A DNA stretch of 64,000 nt. Source: Psammoneis japonica (taxonomy: Eukaryota). Below the pieces are notes generated by a model that was given only the letters and a program-made list of their open reading frames with translations, did no database searches and had not been told where the DNA came from. Shown here piece by piece: positions 24,101 to 35,448 of this stretch. How positions within the stretch are numbered: the stretch's first letter is position 1; each line of letters begins with the position of its first letter. Both the position numbers and the translations under genes were made by a program. The stretch spans positions 1 through 64,000 of the forward strand of contig QPGO01000102.1 of the NCBI GenBank assembly GCA_008632985.1. Direction: 5' to 3'.

Positions 24101-26845
24101 CCCTGGCTGCTGGCGCTCATGTGCGTGTGCTTCATGCTCAACCACACAGCGTCCCCACGTCTCCACTGGTGCACGCCCCTCGAGACTCTCACTGGATCCA
24201 CCCCGGACATCAGCCCATTGCTTCGCTTTCACTGGTGGGAACCAGCACACTTCCACCTCGATGACTCCGATTGGCCGTCCGAATCCCGTGAGTTGCGTGG
24301 ACGCTTTGTTGGCATTGCTGAGCACGTCGGCCACCAGATGACCTTCAAGATCCTATCTGACGAGACTCAGAAGATCCTCTGCTGGTCCAACGTTCGCTCT
24401 GCCACCCCCGATCCTGCTGTTCGAAACCTGCGTCTTGATCCTCCTGATGGGGAGCCACCTGAACCCATCATCAAATCTCGCCATGACGACAACCCCGTCG
24501 ATTCTCCTGATGGGGAGATCAGGACACCCAAGATGCCAGTTTTCGATCCGCAAGACATCATTGGACGTGCCTTCCTCATGCAGCCACAAGAGGATGGACA
24601 ACGCCACAGAGCTCGCATCGTCAAGGCCGTCGAAGACCACGAATGGAAAGTGAACGGCAATCCCGAGCTCACTAAGTTCGTCTGCTCTGTCAACAATGAC
24701 GAATACGAGGAAGTCCTTGCCTGCAATGACATCATGAATCACATTGAGCAAGAAGACGAAGACACCACCATTTGGAAATTTCGACGCATCGTGTCACACG
24801 AAGGACCTCTGAAGCCTCACGACCCAACCTGGAAAGGCTCAAGCTACAACATCATGCTTGAATGGGAAAGTGGGGAGATCACGTCCGAGCCTCTTGCCAT
24901 CATCGCCAAGGACGACCCCGTCACCTGTGCCATCTATGCACGAGAGAACGGACTCCTCGACACGGATGGCTGGAAGCGGTTCCGCACTGTCGCGAGGCGC
25001 CAAAAGAAGCCATTTCGCATGGCCAACCAAGCCAAGCTTCGCTCCTTCCGCACTGCACCTCGCTACAAGTACGGGTGCGAAGTTCCCCGGAACTGCAAAC
25101 ACGCCATGTCACCAGACGAACGCAACGGCAACCGCAAGTGGGGAGACGCAACTAATCTCGAGATGGACCAACTCGACGAATACGAAGTCTTCCATGACTG
25201 CGGGCCCTTCAAGTCTTCCACTCCTCCTGCGGGACACAAGAAGATCCGAGTGCACCTGGTGTGCGACGTGAAACACGACGGTCGCCACAAGGCACGACTC
25301 GTAGCCGACGGGCACCTCACGGACGCCACCTGTCGACAGTGTCTACTCCGGAGTAGTCTCCCTCCGTGGCCTTCGGCTGATGATTTTCCTGGCCGAACTC
25401 AACGAGCTGGAGACATGGGCCACCGACATTGGCAATGCCTGCCTTGAAGCCACCACCAAGGAGAAGCTTTACATTGTAGCTGGACCCGAATTTGGCAAAC
25501 TCGAAGGACACATTCTTGTCATCCACAAGGCACTGCATGGACTGCGCAGCTCCGGTCTCCGCTGGCACGAGCGCTTCGCCGACTGCCTGCGAGCTGAAGG
25601 CTTCTTCCCCTGCCGCGCCGAACCCGACATTTGGATGCGCAGGAACGGCGACCACTGTGAATGCATTGCCGTTTATGTGGATGACCTCGCCATTGCCATG
25701 AAGGACCCTCAATCTTTCGTCGACACTCTCACGGAAAAGCACAAGTTCAAGCTCAAGGGTGCGGGACCCATTGAGTTCCATCTGGGTTGCGACTTTTCCC
25801 GGGACCCCGACGGAACCTTGTGCCTGTCTCCGCGCAAGTACATCGAGCGCATGGTCGACAGCTGCGCCCGACTGTTTGGGGAGAAACCTGCCACCAACGC
25901 CCTGTCACCTCTAGAGAAGGGTGACCACCCCGAACTGGACACTTCCAACTGCTGGGACCCGATGGCATTCACAAGTTCCAGTCTCTTGTTGGTTCACTCC
26001 AGTGGGCAGTGTCCCTTGGTCGAATTGACATTACCACGGCTGTCATGTCACTCTCTAGCTTCCGAGCTGCGCCCCGTCAAGGCCACTTGGATCGTGCCAA
26101 ACGCGTCTGTGGGCACCTCTCCAAGATGCGACACGGTGCTCTCCGCGTTCGCACGGAAGAGCCCGACCATTCGGATCTCCCTGCTCCGGCCTGTGAATGG
26201 ATGCATTCCGTGCATGGTGAAGCAGAAGAGATGATCCCGAAGGACGCTCCACCGCCCCTTGGCAAGTTCGTCACTGCCACCCACTACGTCGATGCAAACT
26301 TGTGCCATTGCATGCTCACCGGACGCTCTGTCATGGGAATGCTCCACTTCCTCAACAAATTCCCGGCTGATTGGTTCTCCAAGAAACAAGCCACCGTGGA
26401 GACTGCAACCTGCGGATCTGAATTTGTTGCCGCAAGGAATTGTGTTGAGCAGATTGTCGACCTGCGCATCACCCTGCGCTGCCTTGGCGTCCCGATCCGT
26501 AATGCCAGTTGCATGTTCGGTGACAACAAGTCGGTTGTAGACAGTGCCACCATCCCGCACTCCAAGTTACACAAGCGACACACCGCACTGTCATTCCACC
26601 GTGTGCGTGAGGCAATTGCCTCTGGTTACCTTGAGTTCCACTTCATCGAAGGCTCCCGCAACCCTGCTGACATTCTCAGCAAGCATTGGGGTCACTCCCA
26701 AATCTGGGACCTTCTCCGCCCCCTCATGTTCTGGAACTTCATTCCATCCGAAGTCGAATCTGTTTCTGTGGCTCCTCAAGCAAACTGGGGAGTGACAGGA
26801 TTTGAACAGGATTTGGATGCGCGCGAAGCATCGCGCGCTGTTTAG
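21174..26845 (+). pseudogene. Copia-1 gag-pol, frameshifted and hypermutated
   Basis: PR LVDRGANGG; IN LISDRAQ...QNFAER; chromo-like insert; RT DGRHKARLVA and YVDD; RH DAN...GSEF...DNKS...NPADILSK. Frameshifts near 24050, 25327 and 25947. Confidence 0.9.
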
Positions 26846-27069
26846 TTCACCGCGCACAGTTTTGTGTGCTTTAGTTCTGCGCGTTCACGCGCGATGTAGT
26901 TTGCTTTCGAGCCACAAGGCTCACAAGAACAATGACAGCAGCCCGATCACACCGACTTGCACGTCTTTCGGCTCCTGCAACGGTCTCTGAGCGGAGACTC
27001 ATCTGCTGTTTTAGACAGCAGTGAGGAGCCATTGTTTGAATTCTTGCCATTTGCCTTCAATTTCTATCA
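26793..27069 (+). repeat. Copia-1 3' LTR (277 bp)
   Basis: Direct repeat of the 5' LTR with about 15 substitutions and 1 indel (manual alignment). Confidence 0.95.
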
Positions 27070-27074
27070 GCTCT

Positions 27075-30000
27075 GCACTCTGGTGGTGTGCATGGCTGGC
27101 ACCCACATCTGATGTGTCCACCACCCCAAACTGGGTGCTGTCATTTCATGTTTGATTTGGGCATGCTTCAATGTCACACCTCAAAAAAGTGCATCTTTGA
27201 ACAACAGCCATGCACTTTGAGTGCTTGAAAGATCAAAATTTTGCAAGGTGCAGCCACACTTGCAGCCACTTGGGAGGAAATGATGGCTGCTGTGAGCACA
27301 TGTGGAAAATGCACTTTGGTGAAAAAACGGCTTGAGTGGCTGGTGAAAAACAAGGTGAGCAGCAGCTTGAGCATTCCCAAATTCAAAGCTGAGAGCCAAT
27401 CAAGTGACAATGATGAGAGCAACACACACCGGTGACAGAGCCAGCACTTGTTTGGGTGTTTGAGCCCAACTCAGGTGAAGTTGGCTGGGGGGTGAAGCAA
27501 GGTCCGGATTTTGCAGCCTGACTTGCCTGGTTGAACCCCACAGTTTTGGTTGAAATTGTTTGGAGAGCATGCTGTGAGCACCACATTTCTGAGTGAGAAT
27601 GATGGCATGCATGGCAGGAATCCCACGTCACCCATGCAGAAGAACTCTCTGGCACCCCTGGTGTGGGAAATTTCTGGCTGAGGGTGTGGCTGGGATTTCT
27701 TGTGCACAAGGGGATGTGCCAACACACTCAATTTGTTTCCATCCATTGTCATGCACAAGCAGGGGCATGGATGAAAAGTGACCCACAGAGCACCTGCCTC
27801 TCACAATTGTGGAACCCTGCTGATTGTTGCATCAGCTCTTCTTGTTGTCATTCCCAGCTCTTTTTCATGTGGTCATTTGTTTGGTTTGTGTCATTGCCAT
27901 TGATGCACGGCAATGTTCAGTTGCAACCCACAGCAGGAATCTCAAATGACTTTTGTGGCAAATGCTGCACTGGTCCTGTGAGCCCTTGGTGGCTTGGCGG
28001 GGAGGCAACTGCCAAGTTTGCTGTGCTTGCACACACAGAGGCAAACACAAGCTGCAAGCTCAGCTGTTGCTGAGCTGCAGTTTGTTGTTTGCAAACATGC
28101 AACACACAGGCACATGGACATGTGCCAGTTGCCCAATTGCCATCAGCCTTGTGTGCAAAAAGGCTGTCTGCTGGACTGCAATGCTGCCACTTTGGCTCTG
28201 GGTTGATGTTTGGATTCAACAGCATGCACCTCAAACAGTTTGTGAAAAATCTGGATGCATGCAAGCAATGCCTCTTTGAATGTCATGTGATGCTCAATGT
28301 TTCACTCCCCCTTGTGATGATGGTGTGTGGCCAAAAATCTTGTGAGAGATGCCAAAGTGTCCAAACAACACAATCACACATCTCAGCAGCAGCCCATCAC
28401 ACCTGTGAATGAACTGAATTCTTTCTTGCTCTGTGGCTCAGCTGTGCACTTGATTGCCTCAACCTTCTTTGTCAGCCACCTCATGCCCTGCCTTCCCAGG
28501 TGGTGACTTCACATCGAAGGTGCTCCAAGAGAGTTTGGCAAAAGATGGGCTTCATGACATTCGCCTGAAGCAAGTGTCTTGAAGCAAGCCTTTTGCAATT
28601 GCCAGAGTCAACAGGAATTTTAGAATTGATGAAAGGAGCAACTAAAGAATTTCACACAATGCACGAGACACAGGTGGAATTGTCAAAACTGCGTGAATGT
28701 TCTTTCCAGACCAAATCACTGGGTGCATTGTTTTGAAAGCATTCGCGCAACATGGTGATCAAGTTGTCTCTCCACCTGGTTTTTGCTTCAGCAAGTCACG
28801 ATGTGAGCCGCAGCTGCAGAGATGTCTGCACCACACAAAAGGATTTGTGTGAACAGCAAAGTCAATTTGCTGTGGCAGACGGATTTCCAGCTGCATGCAA
28901 GACCTCTCCTCTCCTCCAGGAGGTCTTGGGCCATGCAACAGCCATTTTTTGGGACAAAAATTCCGGGAAAGTGAAGCCGGGCGGTGTGCAGCCGGGGACA
29001 TGGCAATGGGACTTGTCTGCAAGAGAGACCTGCTCCAACTGGCAAGAGCGCTGCTGCACACATTGTCAAGAAAGAGTCAACCATGGTGCACAATGAGCCA
29101 CAACGGCACAGCAGAGTCAAGTCGCGAACCACTCACAAACCCCTCATGGCATGGCCTTTGCAATCCACCTCATTTCTGATGTCCTTCAGGATCCATTTGG
29201 CATGACGGGTGCCACTCAGTGAAGTGCCGTGGGCACACCCAGTGTTTGACTCATCCTCAGGAGTGTGCTCTCCAGCAAAATGCACCGTGTCATCGACAGG
29301 GTCCAACATGGTTGCANNNNNNNNNNNNNNNNNNNNNNNNNNNNNNNNNNNNNNNNNNNNNNNNNNNNNNNNNNNNNNNNNNNNNNNNNNNNNNNNNNNN
29401 NNNNNNNNNNNNNNNNNNNNNNNNNNNNNNNNNNNNNNNNNNNNNNNNNNNNNNNNNNNNNNNNNNNNNNNNNNNNNNNNNGCACTGGTTTGCAGGTTCC
29501 CGATGAGCAAACATGGCTGGCACATGCTTGGATGTCTGTTGTCCACACATTTCATCATGGCAGCACTTCTCGCCTTTTTTGGTCAAAGGTTCATCCAGAG
29601 AAACTGTCGTGGCAGAACTTCTCCAAAACTCAATGAATGCTTTCAGTCTGGGAAACACAACCCCATCCTGTTGAGAGCTCTCTGCTTTGTTGGTGGAAGC
29701 CGCGGAGAACACTGAATGACACTGTTTTGGAGAGTCTGGAGAGGAGCTGTCACAATCATGTGATCCACTTTGCAGACCTTGCCGCCCTTGGCAAATGCTT
29801 TTGCGGTGTCACCAGAGCAGCCCACATTGACGACCTGACAACTGCACTCGATCTTGTCCTTGACGTGTGCACAGCGATGCAGTCATTCAGAAAATTGGCC
29901 CAAGTGCAATTGACAAAGAAAAATTGATCCCCCCAGAAGCAGGGGAATGAGCAGAACTTCTTGCTGTTCCAAACCTTGATTGGATTGACCTTGCATTCAG

Positions 30001-30270
30001 CGGCATCAGCACCCACACATTGACTTTGGAGTCATCCACAACATTTTCTTGAGAAGAGCCTTGTGATGAACATGGAGATCCATTCTCCTCCAAGGTCAAT
30101 GGGAAAGTCAGCAAATCCTTCAAGTTTCCTCAAGCAACCACCGTGAATCCCCGATGCCTCGAGAATCTGGGTGTCAACTTCGCCGGGTTTGGCGCTCTTC
30201 TGAATGGTGTGAGCCGCAGCCAGCACTTTGGAAGGTGCTGCCATGTGTTTGTTTTTATGAGGCCTGTTGC
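27075..30270. other. Hypermutated relic domain 3 (contains assembly gap 29317-29481)
   Basis: TA is almost absent until about 30280, where TA-rich sequence (GTAC, ATATAATAT) resumes abruptly. Confidence 0.85.
29170..30244 (-). pseudogene. Flavin-containing amine oxidase (copy B), TpA-hypermutated
   Basis: MAAPSKVL...ILEASGIHGGCLRKLEGFADFPIDLGGEWI and C-terminal VHFAGEHT...GCAHG. Alignable to 12990-13443. Confidence 0.75.
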
Positions 30271-30599
30271 TCGTTGCTCTGTGTACTTTTGCAAATATAA
30301 TATGAGAAAAAGTGAACTTCGAAATCATCGAGCTTCATCACTCACACTTCTTTTCCAGAAGCCAAGTCATCATCCCATCGTCTTTTTGTCCGACAAGTTT
30401 CGTTTCAATTCATTTTTGGTGTTCATGTGTCATTTTTTCCGCCATTTTCTTGTCTGTGCACAGACGGTGCTGGCAGGAGGGCACGACGTCATCACACAGC
30501 CAGGCAGGGGCACAGACAATGATGCGAGCATCCAGCATAACAGCGTGAATTTTGGGTGTCGAAGCGAAGACGACGAGAAAGCAAAAGCGGGAGGAAGGC

Positions 30600-31007
30600 A
30601 TGCATCGCAGCAACTTAAACACGTCATTTGTCCTGGCCGTCCTCTTGATATGCTTGTCTTCAAGTGAAATAGGGGCTTTTCTTCTGCCCTCTCAGACAAG
30701 AACAAGAAGCTACTTTTTCTTCGCCGGTTCTTCATCGGTCTTCTCCGAGAAAGAAAACGACAGTGACGATGGCGACGACGACATGAAACCTTCGTTCTAT
30801 GATGACCTTCGGCGCGCCAAGAATGAGAAACTCGGGGCTTCGATACCAGCTGAGCAAGCTCGGAAACTAGCAGAAAATGCCGAAACCGAGTTTCTCGAAG
30901 CCATGAAGCAAACGAAAAAAGATTTTGAAGCCGCGAAGGACGAGTTGGGGGCAGAGGAAGCGGTGCGACTCTTTCTAGAAAATATGGATGAGGGCGAGTG
31001 GGAGTAA
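30600..31007 (+). CDS. Probable plastid-targeted protein of unknown function (first exon; 3' end uncertain)
   Basis: Signal peptide SFVLAVLLICLSSSEIG-AF followed by a Ser/Arg/Phe-rich transit-like segment and an acidic coiled-coil. Confidence 0.55.
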   Translation: MHRSNLNTSFVLAVLLICLSSSEIGAFLLPSQTRTRSYFFFAGSSSVFSEKENDSDDGDDDMKPSFYDDLRRAKNEKLGASIPAEQARKLAENAETEFLEAMKQTKKDFEAAKDELGAEEAVRLFLENMDEGEWE

Positions 31008-31697
31008 GGGATGACATAGAATTACTGATCATCTCCTGTTTCTCTCGTAGCTGTTTTTGTCAATGTATCGATAGCAGAGGAGTAGGAGGAGGAGGAGCCA
31101 ATGAGAGGAGAAGCGATTCGCATGAAAACGACGGGACAACTCAAAAAGATCTCTACCGAGCTCGACATTACCTTTCACCCCAGCATAATTAAACAAGAAT
31201 TGCATCCAGACAAACGGCCCAAGAAGAAGCAGCAACTAGATGACGATGTTTTCAGCGGCAAACGAAAGTAGACTATTCGGCTGTTGAGGATCCTGAAAAG
31301 ATACGCATTCTGCAGGTAACCTTACTCCAAGCCAAGGGAATTATCTTGGAATGGCGGGAGGTGCGGATGACAAGCCTTTGGAAAAACTTCAAGAGCTCGA
31401 AAGTTGCTAGGAAATATGCCAATGAACGAGCAAGACTTGTAGAAAAGGGAGGGAAGGCTTCTTAAGAGTAAGTCGGAATTAGAATTAACTTGCGCGTACG
31501 AATTCTTCGTGCCTACTTGTCTGAGGATTCTACTGCTGGAGGAAGAGACGAGGCAAAGGCCAAGTATGTTTACAGCTCAGAGATAGGGATTCATCCATTC
31601 TATTCTAGCAAGCTAGCATAAATAATGAAGATTGGCATTCTTGCGGCCAAAGTGCAGCAGAAGTTCAACCTTGTGTGTCGGCCAGGACCCTTAGTAA

Positions 31698-32920
31698 CTA
31701 GAATGCAGGTTCCAAATACACTTCAAATGCAGAAGCCTCGCTGTCCTCTAGGATCAAGTTCCTTGCAGTTTCGATAACACCTTGAAAGGGGTCTGGGCAT
31801 GTACGCTCTTCCTCAAAGTCATCCATATGCAAAGTGACAACGACGGATGCAACCTCCATCACCTCGTTCCCTTGTCGTCGTCGATTTTGAAACGCGTGGC
31901 ACTCGTTTCGGACGCTCTGCCAAGTTTGCCAATCATACGAAAGAGATGCATCTGGCAGCATGATAGCCACTGGAGTACTTGGACGCGCTTTTCCATTTGC
32001 CACAAGGATCATCGACACACATTGTTCCAAGTTCCATTCCACGCGCAAGTCGACGGGGCCCAAATTCGTCACCACGGCATTCCACAAGATCCAGCACAGC
32101 ACATATTGATACCGCTCATGTTGGTCATCTGTAAAACAGAATATTGAGCTGTTTCAACACCTCATGACAAGACAAGAGTGGACTCAGGAGCAACAAAAGG
32201 GCTGGAACAATTTTGTCCCACTTGTTGCCACCAACCAACAGCTCTGCCACGCACCATGCTCGATCATAGTAGTCTTCCGTAGAAGTACAACATAGCGTAT
32301 TCATACTACTCTGTAAAAGTGGAAGTTGCTCCAGTGTTTGGTGAAATGGCCTTGTTTCTTCTGGTGATTTGCGCGGCTTTTGGGGTGGGCACGACCAATC
32401 GCACCACAACAGAACGCGTCTCGCCATGGGCCCTACCGTACACACAAAGCTTTGTGCCGATAGGGATCGTTGAAAACTGTCACATTATCCCTCAAGACTT
32501 GCTGGGCGGACAAGGTGATGATATGTACTGTAAGCTCATGTCCCATGACGGAGAACGGCGACAAGCCAAAGTACTCGGAATCTTGCTCTCGGAAGTTGCG
32601 CAAGTGGTCAGAAAGCAGATTTGCAGCTTTCCGCAAAGGGAATCCATCCTTTTGTAGCCAAAAGCAATCTTTGAGGGCCGATTCCACTGGTGACGTTGTA
32701 TGTTCATTTCGAAGCTGCTACTTTTCAACTGCTGCAATACAATGTCCGGATCTTTTCCAAAACTGACGCTAGTAGGGACCTTGTCGGCGTCGTCTACTCT
32801 AGAGAGAGCGAAACGATGCAAACCGTCGATTAGCGTACCGAAATGTCTTTGATGCCACTGCAGTAGCCAAGTTGAGCATTTCAAGAAACTCTGGCTAGTT
32901 AGGAATTGAAGCAAAGTCAC
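31698..32920 (-). pseudogene. HET-like domain gene, fragmented across frames
   Basis: LLWCDWSCPPQKPR...DYYDRAWCVAE in ORF 32125-32445 parallels the motifs of the 13839-17528 protein. Adjacent ORFs lie in other frames. Confidence 0.5.
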
Positions 32921-33022
32921 TACGTAGACACGTCACGAGACTTGAATCGTGTAGAGATTTCGGTACCTCTCGTGTGGAGGCTCGGTCAATGTTCCGCATG
33001 CTCCTTGTCGTTGCTTTTTCCT

Positions 33023-33895
33023 TCATTGCTGGGTAGTATGCTCCAAAATAAACTGAACTGTGAGTTCCAAGGCTTTTTCTTGATCTCGGGCCACATCCTG
33101 GTCCTTGGACGAATCACCACGCGTGACCCATCCATGACGCATGTCGGGAAATTCCACCGCCACTTGCGATGGCTCAACCTGACGTTGTTGGGCCAATTGC
33201 AAAACTGCTGGAGAGTTTGGTTTCGTCTCGTAATCATTTCGTGCCGAAAGCAAGAGTATCGGTCTTGTACCAACACGAGTCGCCAAAGCCTTTGGTGAGG
33301 ACCAATTCACCGTTTCAACCTTCCAACCCGGATGAATCCCCACACCTGCTTGACAAAAGTCATTCAGGGCCAAATGACGACCCACAAGCCACCCTCCAAA
33401 ACAAAATCCAACACACGCCATTTGAGTGTCTTTGGACATGAGTTTGGATTTCACATAATGCTCGACAATTGTCTGAATGTCTAGTTCGATTTTATCTGGA
33501 GCCATGCGTGTCTTGAGATCCCAAATAATAGAAGGAAAGGTAAAGAGCGTCGTGACGAGCCATCCCAAGTTCCATCCACCGACAATAGCACAACCACGAA
33601 ACAAGTCGGGCATGACCACCAACGTTCTTGTTGCTTCATCAGTAGTAGAATCAAGTTTTTCCAACAGAGCATCACAAAAGACCTTATGATTGCCCGAGTC
33701 AATACCGTAAACATCGCTGTAGACCAATACTACGAGAGAAGGTTCGTCTTCTTGGCCGACAATGTAGGCGGGAAGTGGTGGGCGTGACGAGGATGAGGAG
33801 GGATCAGAAGACAGCTCAATCATGCGACCCTTGGGCTCTTTTTCGGACAATGGAGCAGCTCCAAGTGATCCAGGAGGACAACATACACTTGACAT
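33023..33895 (-). CDS. Dienelactone hydrolase family protein
   Basis: CCPPGS N-terminus, SDVYG, MPDLFRG, nucleophile motif GFCFGG and MRHGWVTRG. Confidence 0.9.
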   Translation of the reverse strand: MSSVCCPPGSLGAAPLSEKEPKGRMIELSSDPSSSSSRPPLPAYIVGQEDEPSLVVLVYSDVYGIDSGNHKVFCDALLEKLDSTTDEATRTLVVMPDLFRGCAIVGGWNLGWLVTTLFTFPSIIWDLKTRMAPDKIELDIQTIVEHYVKSKLMSKDTQMACVGFCFGGWLVGRHLALNDFCQAGVGIHPGWKVETVNWSSPKALATRVGTRPILLLSARNDYETKPNSPAVLQLAQQRQVEPSQVAVEFPDMRHGWVTRGDSSKDQDVARDQEKALELTVQFILEHTTQQ

Positions 33896-35448
33896 GATGA
33901 TGATGAATGAATTGAGTGGTGAAACAGTGTCTCTCTGTCGTCCTTCACAGCAGCTAAGAGATGGAAGGCCACGCGACGCACGCAACACTGCTGTAATCAC
34001 CAGCAGGTGAAATCTTGAATCTTGAGTATGTAGTTATTATGGGAGCTCGTGGGGTTCGCACAACCTACATAAAGTGTGATAGTGAAATGCCGTTGGTTTC
34101 CCCCCACATTTTTCTCTGTTTTCAAACAATTCGATGACAAACAATCGACGCAATTGGTGTGGGAACGTAACGATGATGGTCATGGGTGAAGAGAAGTGTG
34201 CAGTGCCCCAACTGTGGAGCGTCGAAGCGCGTCTGTTTGAGGCGGGCACTCCATTCCGTGGAGAAGAATCAATCGAGCACTTCTCTTTCAATTATCATCA
34301 TTCGAGATGCGTGACGGGTGACTGACCATGTTGGCGGAGCGACAAAAAGAGGAACTGCTTCAGTTTTGATTTGTTTAACCGCCCGGCCTGATGGGGTTTT
34401 TCCCCAATGCACCTTGATCGGACCATTGATGGAACGTTGAATCGGGGTTTCGCCGTACCTGTGAGACACGGTAAGCCTTCACTCGTTTGTGAGTGAACTG
34501 GCTTAGCAAGCAGTAGACTCGCAAGTACTCGTCTCTGTATTACGCCCCCCCCTTTTACATTTTCTGAGTGATATTTAACTCTGAAGATACGGAAAAGCTT
34601 GAGCGCAGTCTTTGATGGTTTTCTTGAGGCTTCGTCACCTGCTCGCACGATTTCTATAGCAACCTTTGACATTGATGTGTTTCAATCTTTTTGAAAGACG
34701 CTTTGAACCATTACAATAGAAGTTGAAACGCTAAAAGTACGACACAGAAATGTTTATTGGCGTGTAAGCTATTCCATACGTACGTCAATGGACTATGATG
34801 ACGGTTGTAGCATGTTCTCGGCTCTCGCGCTCCCCATCGTCACGTCAAACGAAAGGATTCCGGCGTACTCTGCGCACACACCTGTGGTGAATGGAACCGG
34901 TTTTGACCGTTCGAGTGTATTCTATATGGCGAATGGCTTTCTCATACGGTAACGGTAATGGGTATGGAGTTTGATGGCGTGGAAAAATCCCTTGCTGACA
35001 TCTATGGGCTACTATCGATAAGGACACAAGAATCAGGCCAGTCAAATAATGAGAGTAGTTGGCATCAGTAACTGCAGTCACTTCCCAACGAAAAGCGCTT
35101 GAATCGAAGTTTGAGAAGATCCTCTAGTCTTCGGAAGCTATGGCGACAACTTACCTGACGGAGGCGCAGGTTTGGTTCCAACTTTGTTGACCTGTAGTAA
35201 GAGCTGCTGCTGATTCTCGTGTATCATGCTGAATTGTATGCTGCCGGCTGGCATATATCGTTCATGTAAGAGTGGTCGTAGTTGTGATTCATAGCATCCT
35301 TATAAATGTGAAGAAGAGACTATTGAATAGATTGATGCTGTAGATTCTCGATTGAATACTAGCAAGCTGGAGGAGCTAGCCTTTTCACGGCGAAGCGAAC
35401 TGAATCGAAAGACGTCCTCGATACTATGCCTTGACACCTTTTTTAAGT

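Larger units (their letters stand above)
19959..27069 (+). mobile_element. Copia-1: full-length Ty1/Copia (CoDi-like) LTR retrotransposon
   Basis: TG...CA LTRs at 19959-20234 and 26793-27069. 5-bp TSD GCTCT at 19954-19958 and 27070-27074. PPT-like GGGGAG before the 3' LTR. Domain order PR-IN-RT-RH. Confidence 0.95.

Noticed and set aside
19959..27069. Classical RIP, APOBEC-type or ADAR-type editing as the cause
   Set aside because: RIP and APOBEC give C->T/G->A (RIP creates TpA). RNA editing would give A->G on one strand only and could not make the two LTRs differ in both directions.
29317..29481. Run of N
   Set aside because: Assembly gap, not a biological feature.
34040..35400. Short ORFs between the hydrolase and metacaspase genes
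   Set aside because: No recognisable motifs or consistent exon structure.
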